A DNA stretch of 62,917 nucleotides, the filler included, from Folioceros fuciformis (lineage: Eukaryota): NCBI GenBank assembly GCA_049999805.1. It is 10 parts of 10 records of this genome, joined end to end, with 100 filler letters (N's around TTAATTAATTAA, not from the genome) between each part and the next. Parts side by side here need not be neighbours in the genome. Positions count along the whole stretch, not along the records: positions 7,270 to 20,705 come from JBNGIO010001673.1; positions 20,806 to 25,510 come from JBNGIO010001674.1; 8 more parts are not named here. One strand, 5' to 3'. Shown here piece by piece: positions 12,289-25,056 of the stretch. The translations under genes were made by a program, and so were the position numbers. Numbering within the stretch: the first letter of the stretch is position 1; each line of letters begins with the position of its first letter. Under the pieces are notes generated by a model that was given only the letters and a program-made list of their open reading frames with translations, did not search any database and was not told the DNA's origin.

Positions 12289-15200
12289 TCAAACAACAGC
12301 ACTCCTGTAGTTCTCCTCAAAGGGACTCCGGCCGAGTACCTTTGCGAACACCTGCTGCAAGACGAGAGCAGGACTTGGCTTCGCATCATCTTTTGATCTC
12401 CAAGCTATGTGGTTGTCAGGTCTCACCAGAATCGCTCCGGAATCAGAAATCCCACAAAACTGCCACCATGGCTTGGACGTTTCTTCAGCATACAGTACAG
12501 TGGCACGGTGATCAGGAAAGTGACAGGTGTCTGTGAAATACAAGCGCACTGATTGAGTCAGATTCTAAAGCCTGAGCGCTTCTAGTATGTGACACACTAA
12601 GATGCAGTCCTTGCACTCCATAGGCATTTACAAAGTCAAAGCCTTCCTGCCATCCCACATCCCCTCTCACCTGGTTCTCTACTCTGCTGCAGTTTTGCCT
12701 CCAGATGTAGCCTTGAGAATCCCGCAGGGCCGATGAACACGGTTTTCAGCACCACACCTAATGCTGGAGCTATTTTGAGGCCAGCACAAGCCCAATTGCA
12801 GCCGGTCTCATTAGGCGCCACAAATAGGACAAACTCTACTTGGTCGATGCTCACGAGATCCAGCGTGGAAAGAGGGTTCTGCCCCCATTCAACAACCATC
12901 ATCCCACTCAGTGTGACGTTACAACGTAAGGACCTCAATAACCTGCCAATGTCCGCGAATGTCATATACCTTGCTCGCTTTGGCTCCATCACTATCAGTC
13001 AGCCAGATATCCATGTGCGGAAGACGTGAACCAGGCAAGGTGGAAGGGACATATTCTTGTCGTCGACCTGAGGGCTCCTTGTGGCTAGCCAAATTATCTC
13101 CAGTGGTTTCAGCTACAATGGCCCCTTCTGTATACCTGGGAGATAATCAGGTTCACGACGCATTACATCAGAACGACTAGAAAAATGTCATCCACCCATT
13201 GGCTATCCAATTGCACCCTCTAGCTTTTCCACAGTGTCACAGGAGGGATGCGAGAGCCCACCTAAAGCCAAGGTCTTCAGCAGGAAACTGAAGCTGCAAG
13301 CTCCTTCCTTCTTCCAGAATCTTCTTAACTTGGGCCAATCTTGCTGATGCTAGGGGGTTGTACTTGTTTAGAAAGAACGGAGAAACTTGTGAACGCCCAA
13401 GGGCAAGAAGACCATCCATGATGTTACTCTGCATGTTCCTTGAAAGCCAGGAGCCGGTAGCTTTGTTCAACACTGTGTGCACAACCCTAGACCATGCCCG
13501 AACAATGTCAAACCGCTGTGATTGGCGTCAAACCCACAATAGGTGTAGCACATTAGCAGAGAAGTAGGTTACAGGCACACCTTGCAGAGGTTGGATTGAG
13601 GCCCAGAGCTGATGGAATTGACATTGCTGCTTTAAAATTAGCAACACTGAGAGCAGTATTTGCGAGAGCAATCTAACATGTCCAGTGCCACATCAGCTCA
13701 GTGTTGTATCTTCATAGCTCGCACTCAAATCACGAAAGATGAAACATGCGCAGGGTACATTTAAAACCTCAACAGTTAAGATGGTATTCTGTGTATACCG
13801 GTCGACGCTCCAGCTCGTATGTGTGAAGAAGACTTAGAGGAGCCGATCCATTCAGGATCAAACAGAGCTTCCAGGCCAAGTTGTGAGCATCCTGGATCCC
13901 TGTATTCATCCCTGCATGCCAACAGGAACAATTTTACAGACCCTATATGGACCTGCCAGCCCCTGGACAAAATGCAAGAAGGATTTATGCTTAGGCAAGC
14001 AAATTACCGAAACCACCAGCGGGAGGAAATCGATGAGCAGCATCGCCCACCAGAAAGACATGAGCGTTGCTACTGACAAACTTTTCAGCGACCTGTGCAT
14101 GCATGGTCCACTGTCTCACTGCTAGCACCTCCACAGGTATATTGGAAATCCCCGCTGCACTTCGGATGACATCTTTGCACACCTGCAATGACATTGATAT
14201 ATTCCTAAGTTAGCAACGACCTGCACGGAATATTTTTGCACGAATAGGGGAAAGAAACAGGTAGAGAGATTGCATTTGGAGAGAAATCTTGCAATGACTG
14301 CTGAGGAGGAAATATTGGTATCTGTTTCAACCAAGAAAACAAACTGATGAGACAAACTAGCAATAATCTTTGACTACACAAGATCACCATCAGAAGGCTA
14401 ATAAGTACCGGGCGAAAGAAATAGACACCTGAATAACAAACTCCCCAGCCTCAAGGTCGTGCGCAACGACCACAGCGATCACGTTCGAGTTGAAAACAAA
14501 GTAAAGCATTCCAGGTTCAGTACGGACAAGGTGTTGCCCCAGTTCCTTGCTCAAAAAATGAATGCTGACAAGGTGTTGCATATCTTCCACCCCTTCCATC
14601 GTTAACCCCATCAACCTCCTAGTGGAGCTTCCAGCACCGTCAGCAGCTACCAGATAATCAGCTCTGAAATACATGGGATCCACCAGATTGCTTTCCAAAG
14701 GTTTCACGGTTGCCACAATTCCGCCGTTAATGGGCTCAAAGGACACAAACTCATGACCCAACAAAACACCAGATGGCGACTCCTTGTTACCCAAAGCATT
14801 GGACAGCCTTGTAGCACGATGGTACAACAGTGGTACAAGCCTATGCTGTGAAAAATGAGCGACATGCTCTGGACTCCGAGGATGGCCAATGTCTGCAGGT
14901 AAAAAAGGCAAGTTCTCAATGATGAGCTTCTTAGTTCCATGTCCGAGAACAATTCACGGCTACCATTGACGGTTACTAGAAAAGAACGACAAGATGAAAT
15001 TTGAACTCGTATGTCACATTGCACATTCTAAAGCACCATGGAACCGTCAGAATGGCAAGTCCAGCTGAATCATACCACTAGGATGTAGGTGATCCACAGT
15101 TCCAAGAACAGGACCAGAAAGCGTGGTGCAGTACACGAACCTGCGCCAGTGCTCCAAAGGTGGCTGCAAAGCCATAATCTCCTCAGCCAGTCCATCCATT

Positions 15201-15679
15201 TTCCTGAAAATCTGGGCGAAAAAAGATAACCAAAACAATTTCTAAGGCAACAGGCCATGGCAAGCATCGTCCGATGTGCGATTCTTCCATAGATTCCACG
15301 TCACCTCCATGGTGCGGTTATTTACAAAGTGGGCTTGAGGATGCTGAGACAGTTTGACCATCCTGTCGATCACCAATGATCTGACACCTGTCGAGCAATT
15401 CCCCCTGCAAAGTGAGTTCCAGAACGTTCCCCCAAGCTGAAACCCATGTATGAACCAAAATTCACCAGCTACAAGCGACAATGCAGACTCACCAAGTTTT
15501 GACAGCAGAATTGAGAGAGTGAGACCCACTGGACCAGCACCAACAATAAGCACTGGCACATGCTTTTCCTGTGCACCGGAAGCCTTGATAGCAGGGCCTT
15601 GGCCTTCCACTGAGGAGGACGAGAGCCATCGGCGTGAAGTGCGAGCAGGAAACGAGCAGAAGAACCTGAAAGACCACAT
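12289..15679 (-). CDS. FAD-dependent monooxygenase (FAD_binding_3 family; EMB2421-like)
   Basis: Motifs VLIVGAGPVGL, HPQAHFVNNRTME, YLVAADGAGS, VFLVGDAAHRFPPAGGFG, PGSRLPH and ILVRPDNHIAWR across about 12 exons. N-terminus resembles a mitochondrial presequence. Confidence 0.92.
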
Positions 15680-15837
15680 TCCACCTAGGCGCTAGTTTTC
15701 TGTTTCTGGGAAACCGCGCTGTTTTCACCAAAGACGTTGGGTACAGGACGAGATAGGTCTGCCCTAACAGATCCCATCATTGCGACACCCTTTCGAACGC
15801 ACACCATCACGATCAATCCTTCATGGCCTGAAGCTTG

Positions 15838-16467
15838 ATGGCGTACCCTGCGTCCCGACAGTCAGCCTCTCGCTTGCTGCGAACAATTTTCAGAAGGTGC
15901 GAGGCTGTGTCAACGGGTTCCCCGTCTGCGTCGCACGCTGCAGCTTTTGCGCGGGTTGCACAATGTGAAGGCACGCACCCTGTCCACGAGGGGGAGATCA
16001 GGAAACAGGCTTGTGATGGCATGTGGAGAACGGAAAGATGGAGGCTCATGCCCGGTGATGCCATGAGGAGGACGGACAAATGGAGGCTCATGTCTAGTGT
16101 CGCCGTCGAGGATTCACTCTCCTCCTCTTCATCGGAAGGTCTGACCATCACGGACAGCTGCATCAGAAGGCTACGGGACATTCAGAAGGAGGAGAAATCG
16201 GAGAAGTTGCTGCGGCTGAGCGTGGAGGGTGGAGGCTGTTCAGGCTTTCTTTACTCCTTCTCGTTGGAGGACACTCAGAAACCAGATGACCGAGTTTTCG
16301 AGAAGGACGGAGTGAAGGTGATAGTGGACGACCTTTCCTTCTCCTTCCTCAAAGGATCCACGATCGATTTCACAGAAGAGCTCATCAGGTCTACCTTTGT
16401 GGTAGTGGGGAACCCGAATTCCACCTCGTCCTGTGGATGTGGGAGCTCTTTCACTGCCAAATCCTGA
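15838..16467 (+). CDS. ISCA2: Iron-sulfur cluster assembly protein IscA-like 2 (mitochondrial), intronless
   Basis: LRLSVEGGGCSGFLYSF, GSTIDFTEELIRSTFVV and CGCGSSF motifs. R/S-rich presequence. Confidence 0.93.
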   Translation: MAYPASRQSASRLLRTIFRRCEAVSTGSPSASHAAAFARVAQCEGTHPVHEGEIRKQACDGMWRTERWRLMPGDAMRRTDKWRLMSSVAVEDSLSSSSSEGLTITDSCIRRLRDIQKEEKSEKLLRLSVEGGGCSGFLYSFSLEDTQKPDDRVFEKDGVKVIVDDLSFSFLKGSTIDFTEELIRSTFVVVGNPNSTSSCGCGSSFTAKS

Positions 16468-16899
16468 CTCGGCATTTGCTCCTGACATTTTCAAAACAAT
16501 TTTCTGCGTCTTTGCAGTTCCATCTTTCATTACCCCTGTGCTGCATGTCACTCGTAACTATCTGCTGCTAAGCTGCATATGCAGCAGCTCCCTTGTTTAG
16601 CATGCTTTTGGAATCTGGTGCAAACAGAGGCAAGCCTGCGCAGCACAAGCAGCCTATCTTGCGGACTCATTGCCGGAGTGTCTTCGCGCTCGCATCCCTT
16701 GTACTCTGGATGAATGTTGTATAAGTTGAACAAGTTGGGCCAATGTACGAGTTCTTTTGAATATAGGTCAGTGTAATATCCATTTAAAATAGACTTAACA
16801 ACTCCTTTCCTGTCTTACTTCATTGCCTTCAGCAATTGCATACCTAGTCGAGGAGCAGCCATTGCAAACCAGTCGAGGAGCAGCCAGTGGTACCCGGTT

Positions 16900-18241
16900 A
16901 TGGCGGACGAGGAGGGACAGCAGGAGGTACATGTGTTCTGGGACGACGGCATGCTGGCTCACGCTCCAGACGATGGCGTCTTCGACACGCTTCACGATCC
17001 AGGCATATTGGCCGTGGTCGAGCAGCACCCCGAGAACGCGGATCGCGTGCGCAACATTGTGTCGATCCTACGACGAGGTCCGATCGCACCTTTCGTCCGG
17101 TGGCACGCAGGGCGCGTTGCGGAGATCGAGGAGCTTCTGTGCTTCCACTCGCAAGGTTCGTGCAGGGAGCCCGCCCCCGCTGCATGCTCTCGCCTTGCGT
17201 TGTAGTGGCTAAGAGAGAGCATGCATGGCGATGGCCGCGCAGACTACATTCAGCAGCTGGTGGAAGCGGACGCAGCGGGGGGAGCGGTGATCTGTCCCGG
17301 AACGCAGCTCAATCCGGGCTCATGGCGGGCAGCTCTCTTGGCGGCGGGCACCGCGCTGGAGGCCATGAAGTTTGTCTTGGAAGGGGAGGGCCGCCTTACG
17401 TACGCTCTAGTGCGGCCTCCAGGACACCACGCGCAGCCGACTCAGGCGGACGGCTACTGCTTCCTCAACAATTCGGCCCTGGCTGTGCATCTGGCGCTGC
17501 AGGCGGGATGTGAGCGGGTGGCTGTTGTGGATGTGGACGTGCACCATGGGAACGGAACGGCCGAGGGTTTCTATCGTAGGGACGACGTGCTCACCATCTC
17601 CCTGCACATGAATCACGGGGCTTGGGGGGACTCGCATCCGCAGACGGGCCTAGTGGATGAAGTAGGTATTGGGGACGGGATCGGCTACAATTTCAATATT
17701 CCTCTGCCGAACGGAACGGGTAACAAAGGGTACGAGCTGGCCATGCTCAAACTAGTGATGCCCGCCCTCGCTCGATTTAAGCCGCAGATCATAGTTATGG
17801 CAGTTGGTCAAGATTCCAGTGCAGTAAGTCATATTTACAGTTCCCTCTTTCTTTGACAATTTCTATTGAGAAACAATCTACCGTCTAATTAGTGTTCCAA
17901 CATCCCTGCAGCTCGATCCCAATGGGCGTCTCTGTCTCACGATGGATGGCTACCGACGGCTCGGTCAGATAATACGGAAGCAAGCTGACGTACATTGTGG
18001 AGGGAGATTGCTCCTGGTGCAGGAAGGTGGTTATCAGCTCACGTATGTAGCCTATTGCGTGCACGCAATCCTGGAAGGAATACTCGACTTGAAACAACCA
18101 CTACTTGAGGATCCAATAGACTCTTACCCAGAGGACGAAATCTGGGCTGTGGAAAGGATACTCGAGATAAAAGATGATTTTGAGAAGCACGTTGCGGTAG
18201 CGCAATCTCAACACTTGGCAACAGGGCGATCTCAGTCATAA
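16900..18241 (+). CDS. HDA8: Histone deacetylase 8-like (HDAC superfamily)
   Basis: Exons 16900-17155, 17243-17823 and 17912-18241. Motifs HPENADRVRN, RPPGHHA, GYCFLNN, DVDVHHGNGT, GQDSSA|LDPNGR and QEGGY. Confidence 0.93.
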
Positions 18242-18384
18242 CCTGGTTCGTAGCACTCTAGTTAGAATGCTAGTGCTTGCCGCCCACTTTCAGGTTGCGG
18301 TTGTAAGGGGTTAAGTTATCAACCGTGACGGCTCTTCGTGAATGGGATTCATCACAAAAATTGGGCAAAACTTTGACGAGTACC

Positions 18385-20633
18385 TCACGTCCGATGCAGA
18401 AAGTACTTCACGGCCTCGTAGAATGAAACGACTATAGCTACAGATGGCCCAGCTCTGGCCACTCGGGGCCCCACTCCCGCAAACAGACTTCGGGCGCCTC
18501 CATCCCTGTACTCGTCAGGCAACCAAACGTTACACTGGGATTCACATCACATGCAACCGATATACACAGTCCGTCAGGAAAAGTCATCACCTCCATACGG
18601 CCTTGAGAGTTTGCGTCGTGGTCATCTGCAAGGCTTTCACGGGATCTTTCTGTAGAACAACCTCGGGGTTAGGAGGTGATGAAAGCAACTAACACGAGGC
18701 GGCATGTAGAACGCCTATCGTGAAGAAGGTAACCTCAATCTGTCTCCGCGTCTTCACAACATCTAGAGGGCAGGTAGCAGCAGCAGCGAGAGAACCAGCA
18801 ACAACTCCGGCTGCAATGTTCGCGCCCAAAACAATTGAAACGCTAGGTTGAGGCCCTGCCTCCTGCAAGAGCTTTTGACGCAACTGCAAGACAGCATCGT
18901 TTTCTTCGTTAGTTTGCAACAGAGAATCAGTTCAAACCGATGTGCAAGGATCTGCATCCAGAGATTGAGGACTGAGGACATGAGAAGTGAGGTCTTACTG
19001 GTTCTAAGGTGGCCCAGCAAATTGCGGAGAAAGGGACATCACGAGCTAACTGTGCACTGACCCCGGTCCAGAGCAACCTAATTCCATGTACTGCAGGGGA
19101 ACCAGCGGCAGCAATGTGAAAAACGATACACGCACAGCTTGAAAAAAAGCAAATAAGCTTCACAACAGTCTTCAATGCTACCATCAGAGACGCAGGAGAG
19201 CCACAGGTTATCCGGCACTTACAGGGTCTACTATCACCACCTCTCACAGTTGAGACAACTTCATTGAGTATTGCATACACTCCTGGGGGGCTTGCACCTG
19301 CCCTCTGAGCCTGCGCACGTATAACACCCGAATTTAGTTTGCTAGAAGCAACTGCAAACAGAAATGAATTTTACTAGCTCGGTGAAAATCTGAGTAGCAA
19401 AGGAGTAAAGCACTTCACCTGCATCCTTGTTTTTGCTAGCTCGATTGGAGAGCAGACAATACAGGCAAATGATCGAGCTAAGGCTCCAGCAAATGCTGGA
19501 GAATAAGGCTTTAGTTTGGGGGAAACCCTATCTGCAAACTCCTCAAGCTTGTCCCGTAGAACATCATAACACGGGAGATAAATGCCAACCTGCAAAAAGT
19601 GTAGACACAGGAAACTCTGCGTCAATCTCAGACAGCATAAGATTCAATCGCGATACATGCCACCCACATGAAAGGGGACATTCCAATCCCGCAACCCCAA
19701 TCCTACACGATGTGGTGGCTATTTACCGTAGGGATGGCTATAGCTAGAGCAGCATTGGTACCTCTCCAAAGCCTGAAAAATCCTTCCTGGAAAAAAAAAA
19801 CAAAAACAAGGCCAATCTCACTTGACTGCATAAAGAAACAAAAGAGGTTCAAGGGAATGACGGGCAGTCAATAAAGCAAACCCATCAGGGTATCTAACCT
19901 GCCGTATGACTTTTGAAAACACATCGAAGGTTCCCGTATATTGAAAGCAGGAGGGAGGGCAGAGCGGTCCAATGTGAACATTACCAATTCTGGGACAAAC
20001 AGGTGGGCATTTGCCCTCTGCGAGGAACTGCATAAAAACATTGCCATGTCATACTCCCTTCAGAAGTGCCCACCTGTTACACACAGCTGTTGATGTGCAA
20101 CTTGCAAGAATACACGGATATAACCTTCTCAGCCAACTCCACCCTGAAGGATCCAGCCCTTGCTATATCTTGCCATGGCGAGTGTTGAAATGAGACACCG
20201 GCAGACTGGGCTTGCAACCTTGTCTGCACACGCAAGCCACCATGCAACTTTATTGAACAAGTAGAACCAACCTACCAATCCTGCAGCATTGTGGAATTCG
20301 TAGCTTAGCCGAAGAAGGAGAACGCAATAAGCTGGGCTGGAGGCTTGCGTCCACAACCTTTGCGACATCGAGTGGATTCACGATGATAGCCGAAATAAAC
20401 GCTGCTCCAGCAGCAGAAATCGCTTTCTCCCTGAAGTCGACGTCCCGAAGCACAGGACCCTCTATTTGTGGACCCATGTCACTCGACTCATCGGAGGCCC
20501 TGTGACCCTCTTTCTGCTGCGGACTTGGAGACTTCGGCCCTTCCGAAGCCAGATTTAAGGGATAATCAACACGCTGGGCCGGGGCGTAGGAAGACGGCAC
20601 CTGTGTGATTATCGACTTACTCCACTGACCTGC
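18385..20633 (-). CDS. MTM1: Mitochondrial carrier MTM1-like (SLC25A39/40 family), 5'-truncated by the linker
   Basis: Three carrier repeats (NPLDVAK, SPIELAKTRMQ, CPLDVVKTRRQ), ARDVPFSAICW, and last exon GPRVARAGPSVAIVVSFYEAVKYFLHRT*. Confidence 0.9.
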
Positions 20634-20805
20634 CTGCAGGCGCCGAGTTCAACAAAACATCACCAGTGGTTGCGCATGTATAGCACCACCTCAAAACCCT
20701 AAACCNNNNNNNNNNNNNNNNNNNNNNNNNNNNNNNNNNNNNNNNNNNNTTAATTAATTAANNNNNNNNNNNNNNNNNNNNNNNNNNNNNNNNNNNNNNN
20801 NNNNN

Positions 20806-23390
20806 TGGAGAGTCACTTATTCTCTAATTGGATAATTGACTCTAGAGCATCTTTCCATGTTACTCCGCATAGGAAGTGGTTTAGCTCTTGTGATGCTACT
20901 AGGAAAGGATGTGTTCGGCTTGGAAATAACTTCGCATGCGAGATGGCAGGCATTGGTGATGTGCAGCTGAAGTTCGACAACGGATCTTCATTCATACTAA
21001 AGGATTTTAGGCATGTTCCGAAGTTGACAAAAAGCATGATTAGCGCAGGGCAATTGGATGATGCTGGCTATCACTGTTGGTTTGGGGATCATTCTTGGAA
21101 GATCTCCAAAGATTCTCTTGTGTTAGCTCGTGGATCGAAGTGTGGCACTTTGTACTCACTTCAAGTAACCACTGTCAAGGATCATGTGATTTGTGTAACG
21201 GAACAACCAAGTGTTTCCTTGTGGCATTATCGCTTAGAACATATGTCTCAAAAAGGAATGAAGATCTTATCTCGTTTTGGTTACGTCCCTACTTTTGACT
21301 TCTCCGATTTCTTCGTGTGTGAGCACTATTTGTATGGGAAATAGATGAAGTCACCACATGGAGCAAGAGGTAAACATAGAAGTAAACCTCTTGAATAGGT
21401 TCACAGTGACGTTTGTGGACCTATGCCCACTGTATCGTTAGGTGGTGCATCCTATTTTGTCACTTTCATTGATGATTTCTCACGTAAGGTGTGGGCTTAT
21501 CCTTTGAGGAAAAAGGATGATGTTCTGACAGTGTTCCAGAAATTCGTCACCTTTGTGGAGAATCAGTCTGGCCTCCGACTAAAGTGTCTAAGAACAGACA
21601 ATGGGGGAGAGTATGTTTCGAAGGCTTTTCAGTAAGAAAAGAGAATTAACTGCTCCATATACTCCTCCCCAGAATGGTGTGGCTGAACGGATGAACAGAA
21701 TCATCCAGGAGAGGATGCGTAGTTTGTTGTCAAACTCTAGATTGCCTAACGGATTTTGGGCAGAAGCAGTGGTTACAACAATGCATCTTATTAACAGATC
21801 TCCTAATAGGGCTGTGGATGAACAGGTTCCAGAGGAGATGTGGTCTGGAAAGAAGCCGTCATACAAGCATCTACGAGTGTTTGGCTATGAGGTATACTAC
21901 CATGTTCCGAAGGAGTTTCGGGACAAGTTGGCTCCCAAGTCAAGAAAATGTATTTTTCTTAGCTATGGTGAATCTGGTGAGATGGGATACCGTCTATGGA
22001 ATCCAGAGGCCAAGAAGGTTGTACGCAGCAATGACGTGTTCTTCAATGAGACCAAGATGCACAAGAAGCCTACTCCAACTGTGGAGGTGAGATGGGTGGT
22101 CTTCCAAGAAGATGGACTTGACCGTCCTGCTCAGGTTGAATATCGTGATGTGTAGGAACAAGTTCCTCCACTTGTAGAAGAGGAGAGAGTGCAACCAGCT
22201 CTGATCGAGGCGCTAGTGCTTCGTAGGTCAGGAAGGATTTCACGTCCTCCTGACAGGTATGTTGCATCTCTTGATTATGTCATGCTGACGGATTGTGGGG
22301 AGCCCTCTTATTATCAAGAGGCCATGTAAGTGACTGACAAGGACAAGTGGGAGAAGACGATGTAGTCGCAAATGGATTCGCTCCATAAGAACCAAACGTG
22401 GGAGTTGGTTTGGTTGCCTAGGGGCAAGAAGGCGTTGCCATGCAAATGGAATGGTATTACAAGTTCCACAACGTAGCAATGAGGATCATTGCCTCTATAC
22501 AAAGCAAGCTAAGGATGAAAGCTTGCTCATTTTGGTCCTTTACGTGGATGATATGCTAATTGTTGGGACTAGCAGTGATGAGATTTCAGCATTGAAGTCA
22601 AAGTTGAATGCTCGCTTTGACATAATAGACTTGGGAGAGGCAAGTCATGTTCTTAGCATGCGTATTCGTCGAGACAGATAGAAGCATTTGCTTTACTTGT
22701 CTCAGACTGAATACATTAACAAGGTGCTTCAACATTTCAATATGGAGAAGGGAAGGTTTTGACTACTCCGTTGCCTTCATATGTGAAACTTTTGAGCAAG
22801 GATTGCCCAAGCTCTGCGGAGGACAAAGCTGAAATGGAGAAGGTTCCATACTCATGAGCTGTAGGGAGTTTGATGTATGCAATTATTACTACACGTCCTG
22901 ACATTGCCTTTGCAATGGGAGTGGTTAGCAAGTTTATGTCAAACCCTGGCAGGAAGCATTGGGAGGCAATGAAAGGAGTTATGAGGTACTTAAATGGTAT
23001 GAAAGCTTTGTGCTTATGTTTTGGTAGTGAAGATGCATATGTCGTGGGATATACGGATGTTGAATATGCAGGGTATATGGACAAAAGGAGGTCCACATCA
23101 GGTTATGTCTTCATGTGCACTAGAGGGGCAGTCTCATGGCGATCTCGTTTGCAATCTTGCATAACGCTATCTACCACAAAGGCCGAGTATGTTGCAGTGA
23201 CTGAGGCATGCAAGGAAGCCATGTGGCTTGCTCATTTAGTGGGAGATTTGGGGATCAAGGTTGAGTTGCAAGTGTTGCATTGTAATAGCCAAAGTGCTAT
23301 CCAATTGGCGAAGAATCAAGTGTTTCATGCGAAGACCAAACATGTGGAAGTGAAGTATCACTTCATTCGAGAGATGTTGGAAGACAAGAG
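20806..23390 (+). mobile_element. Degenerate Ty1/Copia internal region (protease, integrase, RT, RNase H) with stops, frameshifts and deletions
   Basis: WIIDSRASFH, LWHYRLEH, VHSDVCGP, LRTDNGGEY, PPQNGVAERMNR, LYVDDML and KTKHVEVKYHFIRE occur in Copia domain order. Confidence 0.95.
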
Positions 23391-23764
23391 AACAAGTTCT
23401 ACGCCTAACGGTCGTATTCTATGAAGCCCGTTTGGTGCACATTTGAATTTACACCATCTTAGTCACATATTCACATTTAAGCCGTTTTAAAAAAAAACAC
23501 TTGTTTTGACGTGTGGTGGACACCATCCATCTCCACAAATTTGCTTTCAGCCCACAACCAACTAGTACATAAGTTATTAAAATTATGAAAATTTCCAGAG
23601 AAAACGAATCGTACTTTGGGTGCGCTGGTCTGCTGGCGCACTCAACAATATGTTTGGGTGATAGAAAGTTGGCTATTTGCATGCCATGAAGTTAAAGGGT
23701 TTAACAGTCGAATTTAAATATACGCATAATGTACCATGGACTTCAGCTACTCTCCAAATCACCT

Positions 23765-24980
23765 CTACACCAAAACATGAACGTCTTGGTTGGCCTCAGA
23801 ATCAACAACTATATCTACATCTTTGAGGCGCTGGCGCTCTGTGTCTCCAAAGTTGTCTCCCTCCACGTCCAGGACAAAGAAATGTGGGTCGTCCACAATC
23901 TGAGGCGGAAGTGTGCCATTCTCATCCCATATCGTCAACGCGTACAGATCTTCCGTTGGTCTGTCGTTCGATTGAGAAAATATCTCTCCTTTTTTCCCCA
24001 GCAAACTGAATACCTGCATACGACGATCCACGCTACCGTCCGTGCAGACTTCTTTGGCCCAAAACTTCGTGGGCCCGTGCGAGAAGTGGCCTGTGCTGAT
24101 CTCCTCATCAGCGTCTGGCAAAGAGCCTATGCCATTCACTCTTTGCATCATATAAGTCGTGCATCATATATTAATGTCCATTGCGACAACATGCCTTCCT
24201 CTTTGAATCGCAGCCTGAAGGAATGACCCAGATCCTGCGCACGCATCCGCTAGCCAGTCTTCTTCAGCCGAAAACATATTGACCAACATACCCATTAACC
24301 CAAGGGCTTTTGATATGGCGAGATGACCATAGAATTTGCCGAGTGGAACTGACCACAGCTCCATGCCTTATAACTCTTGGCAAAAGAAATCCGTGATTCG
24401 CGAATAATCCATCTTTTGTGGTATGAGCTTCAGAGTGAACTGCACTTCCAACAATTAAATACTCCACAGTCTCAACTGCCCTTGCATTGGGAGGAATGTT
24501 GGTCTTCTCTCATACTAATGTCTGTACGGTGCCCTTCTTGCACCATGGCCGAAGTGCTTCCCTAGCCTGTGTAATGAGGTCCATGCCATGCATGAGGACC
24601 ATCCTATAAACATTACTGCTCGTGCATTCTGAAAACCCTCTGATCATGTCTTCAAGCTCTTCGCTAGTAAGCTGCCTGTCGAATTCATGGCATTGCAGTC
24701 CGCAAGGCAAATTAGCGAATAACAGAGTATAAGGTCATTTTACCAGAAATGCGTTCATCTCCAAAACGTTTCGCTGGATTACTTGATACTTAGTCTTCTA
24801 GTTGCTGCTTGGGACCCTAAACTCCGATAATCCTGCATCCATATTTGCGTCAGCGAGTTTCTGCTTTTCCTCTTCCATGCGCTTCCAGTTCTCGCTGAAT
24901 ACACATAATCTTGGAAAGGCTTCGGCAATGATTCAAGGTCATTGACGTCTGCGGGTTTCTGCCAACAAATAGTTTGGTCA
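23765..24980 (-). pseudogene. Beta-class N4-cytosine/N6-adenine DNA methyltransferase-like pseudogene with N- and C-terminal extensions
   Basis: Reconstructed order: YQVIQRNVLEM, YTLLFANLPCG (D-P/L-P-Y-like catalytic site), LV*EKTN, EYLIVG, SPYQKPLGL, FSAEEDWLADACAGSGSFLQAAIQRGRHVVAMDIN. It has four in-frame stops and about three 1-nt frameshifts. Confidence 0.78.
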
Positions 24981-25056
24981 GAAAAACCACACCACAACCC
25001 TAAATCGAGAGCTACGTTGACTCTAAACCCTAAAGAGAAAAACTCTTCTTGTGGTA

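Noticed and set aside
20694-20705. Telomere at the contig end (AAACCCTAAACC)
   Set aside because: Under two units and located within the MTM1 5' region. At most a telo-box.
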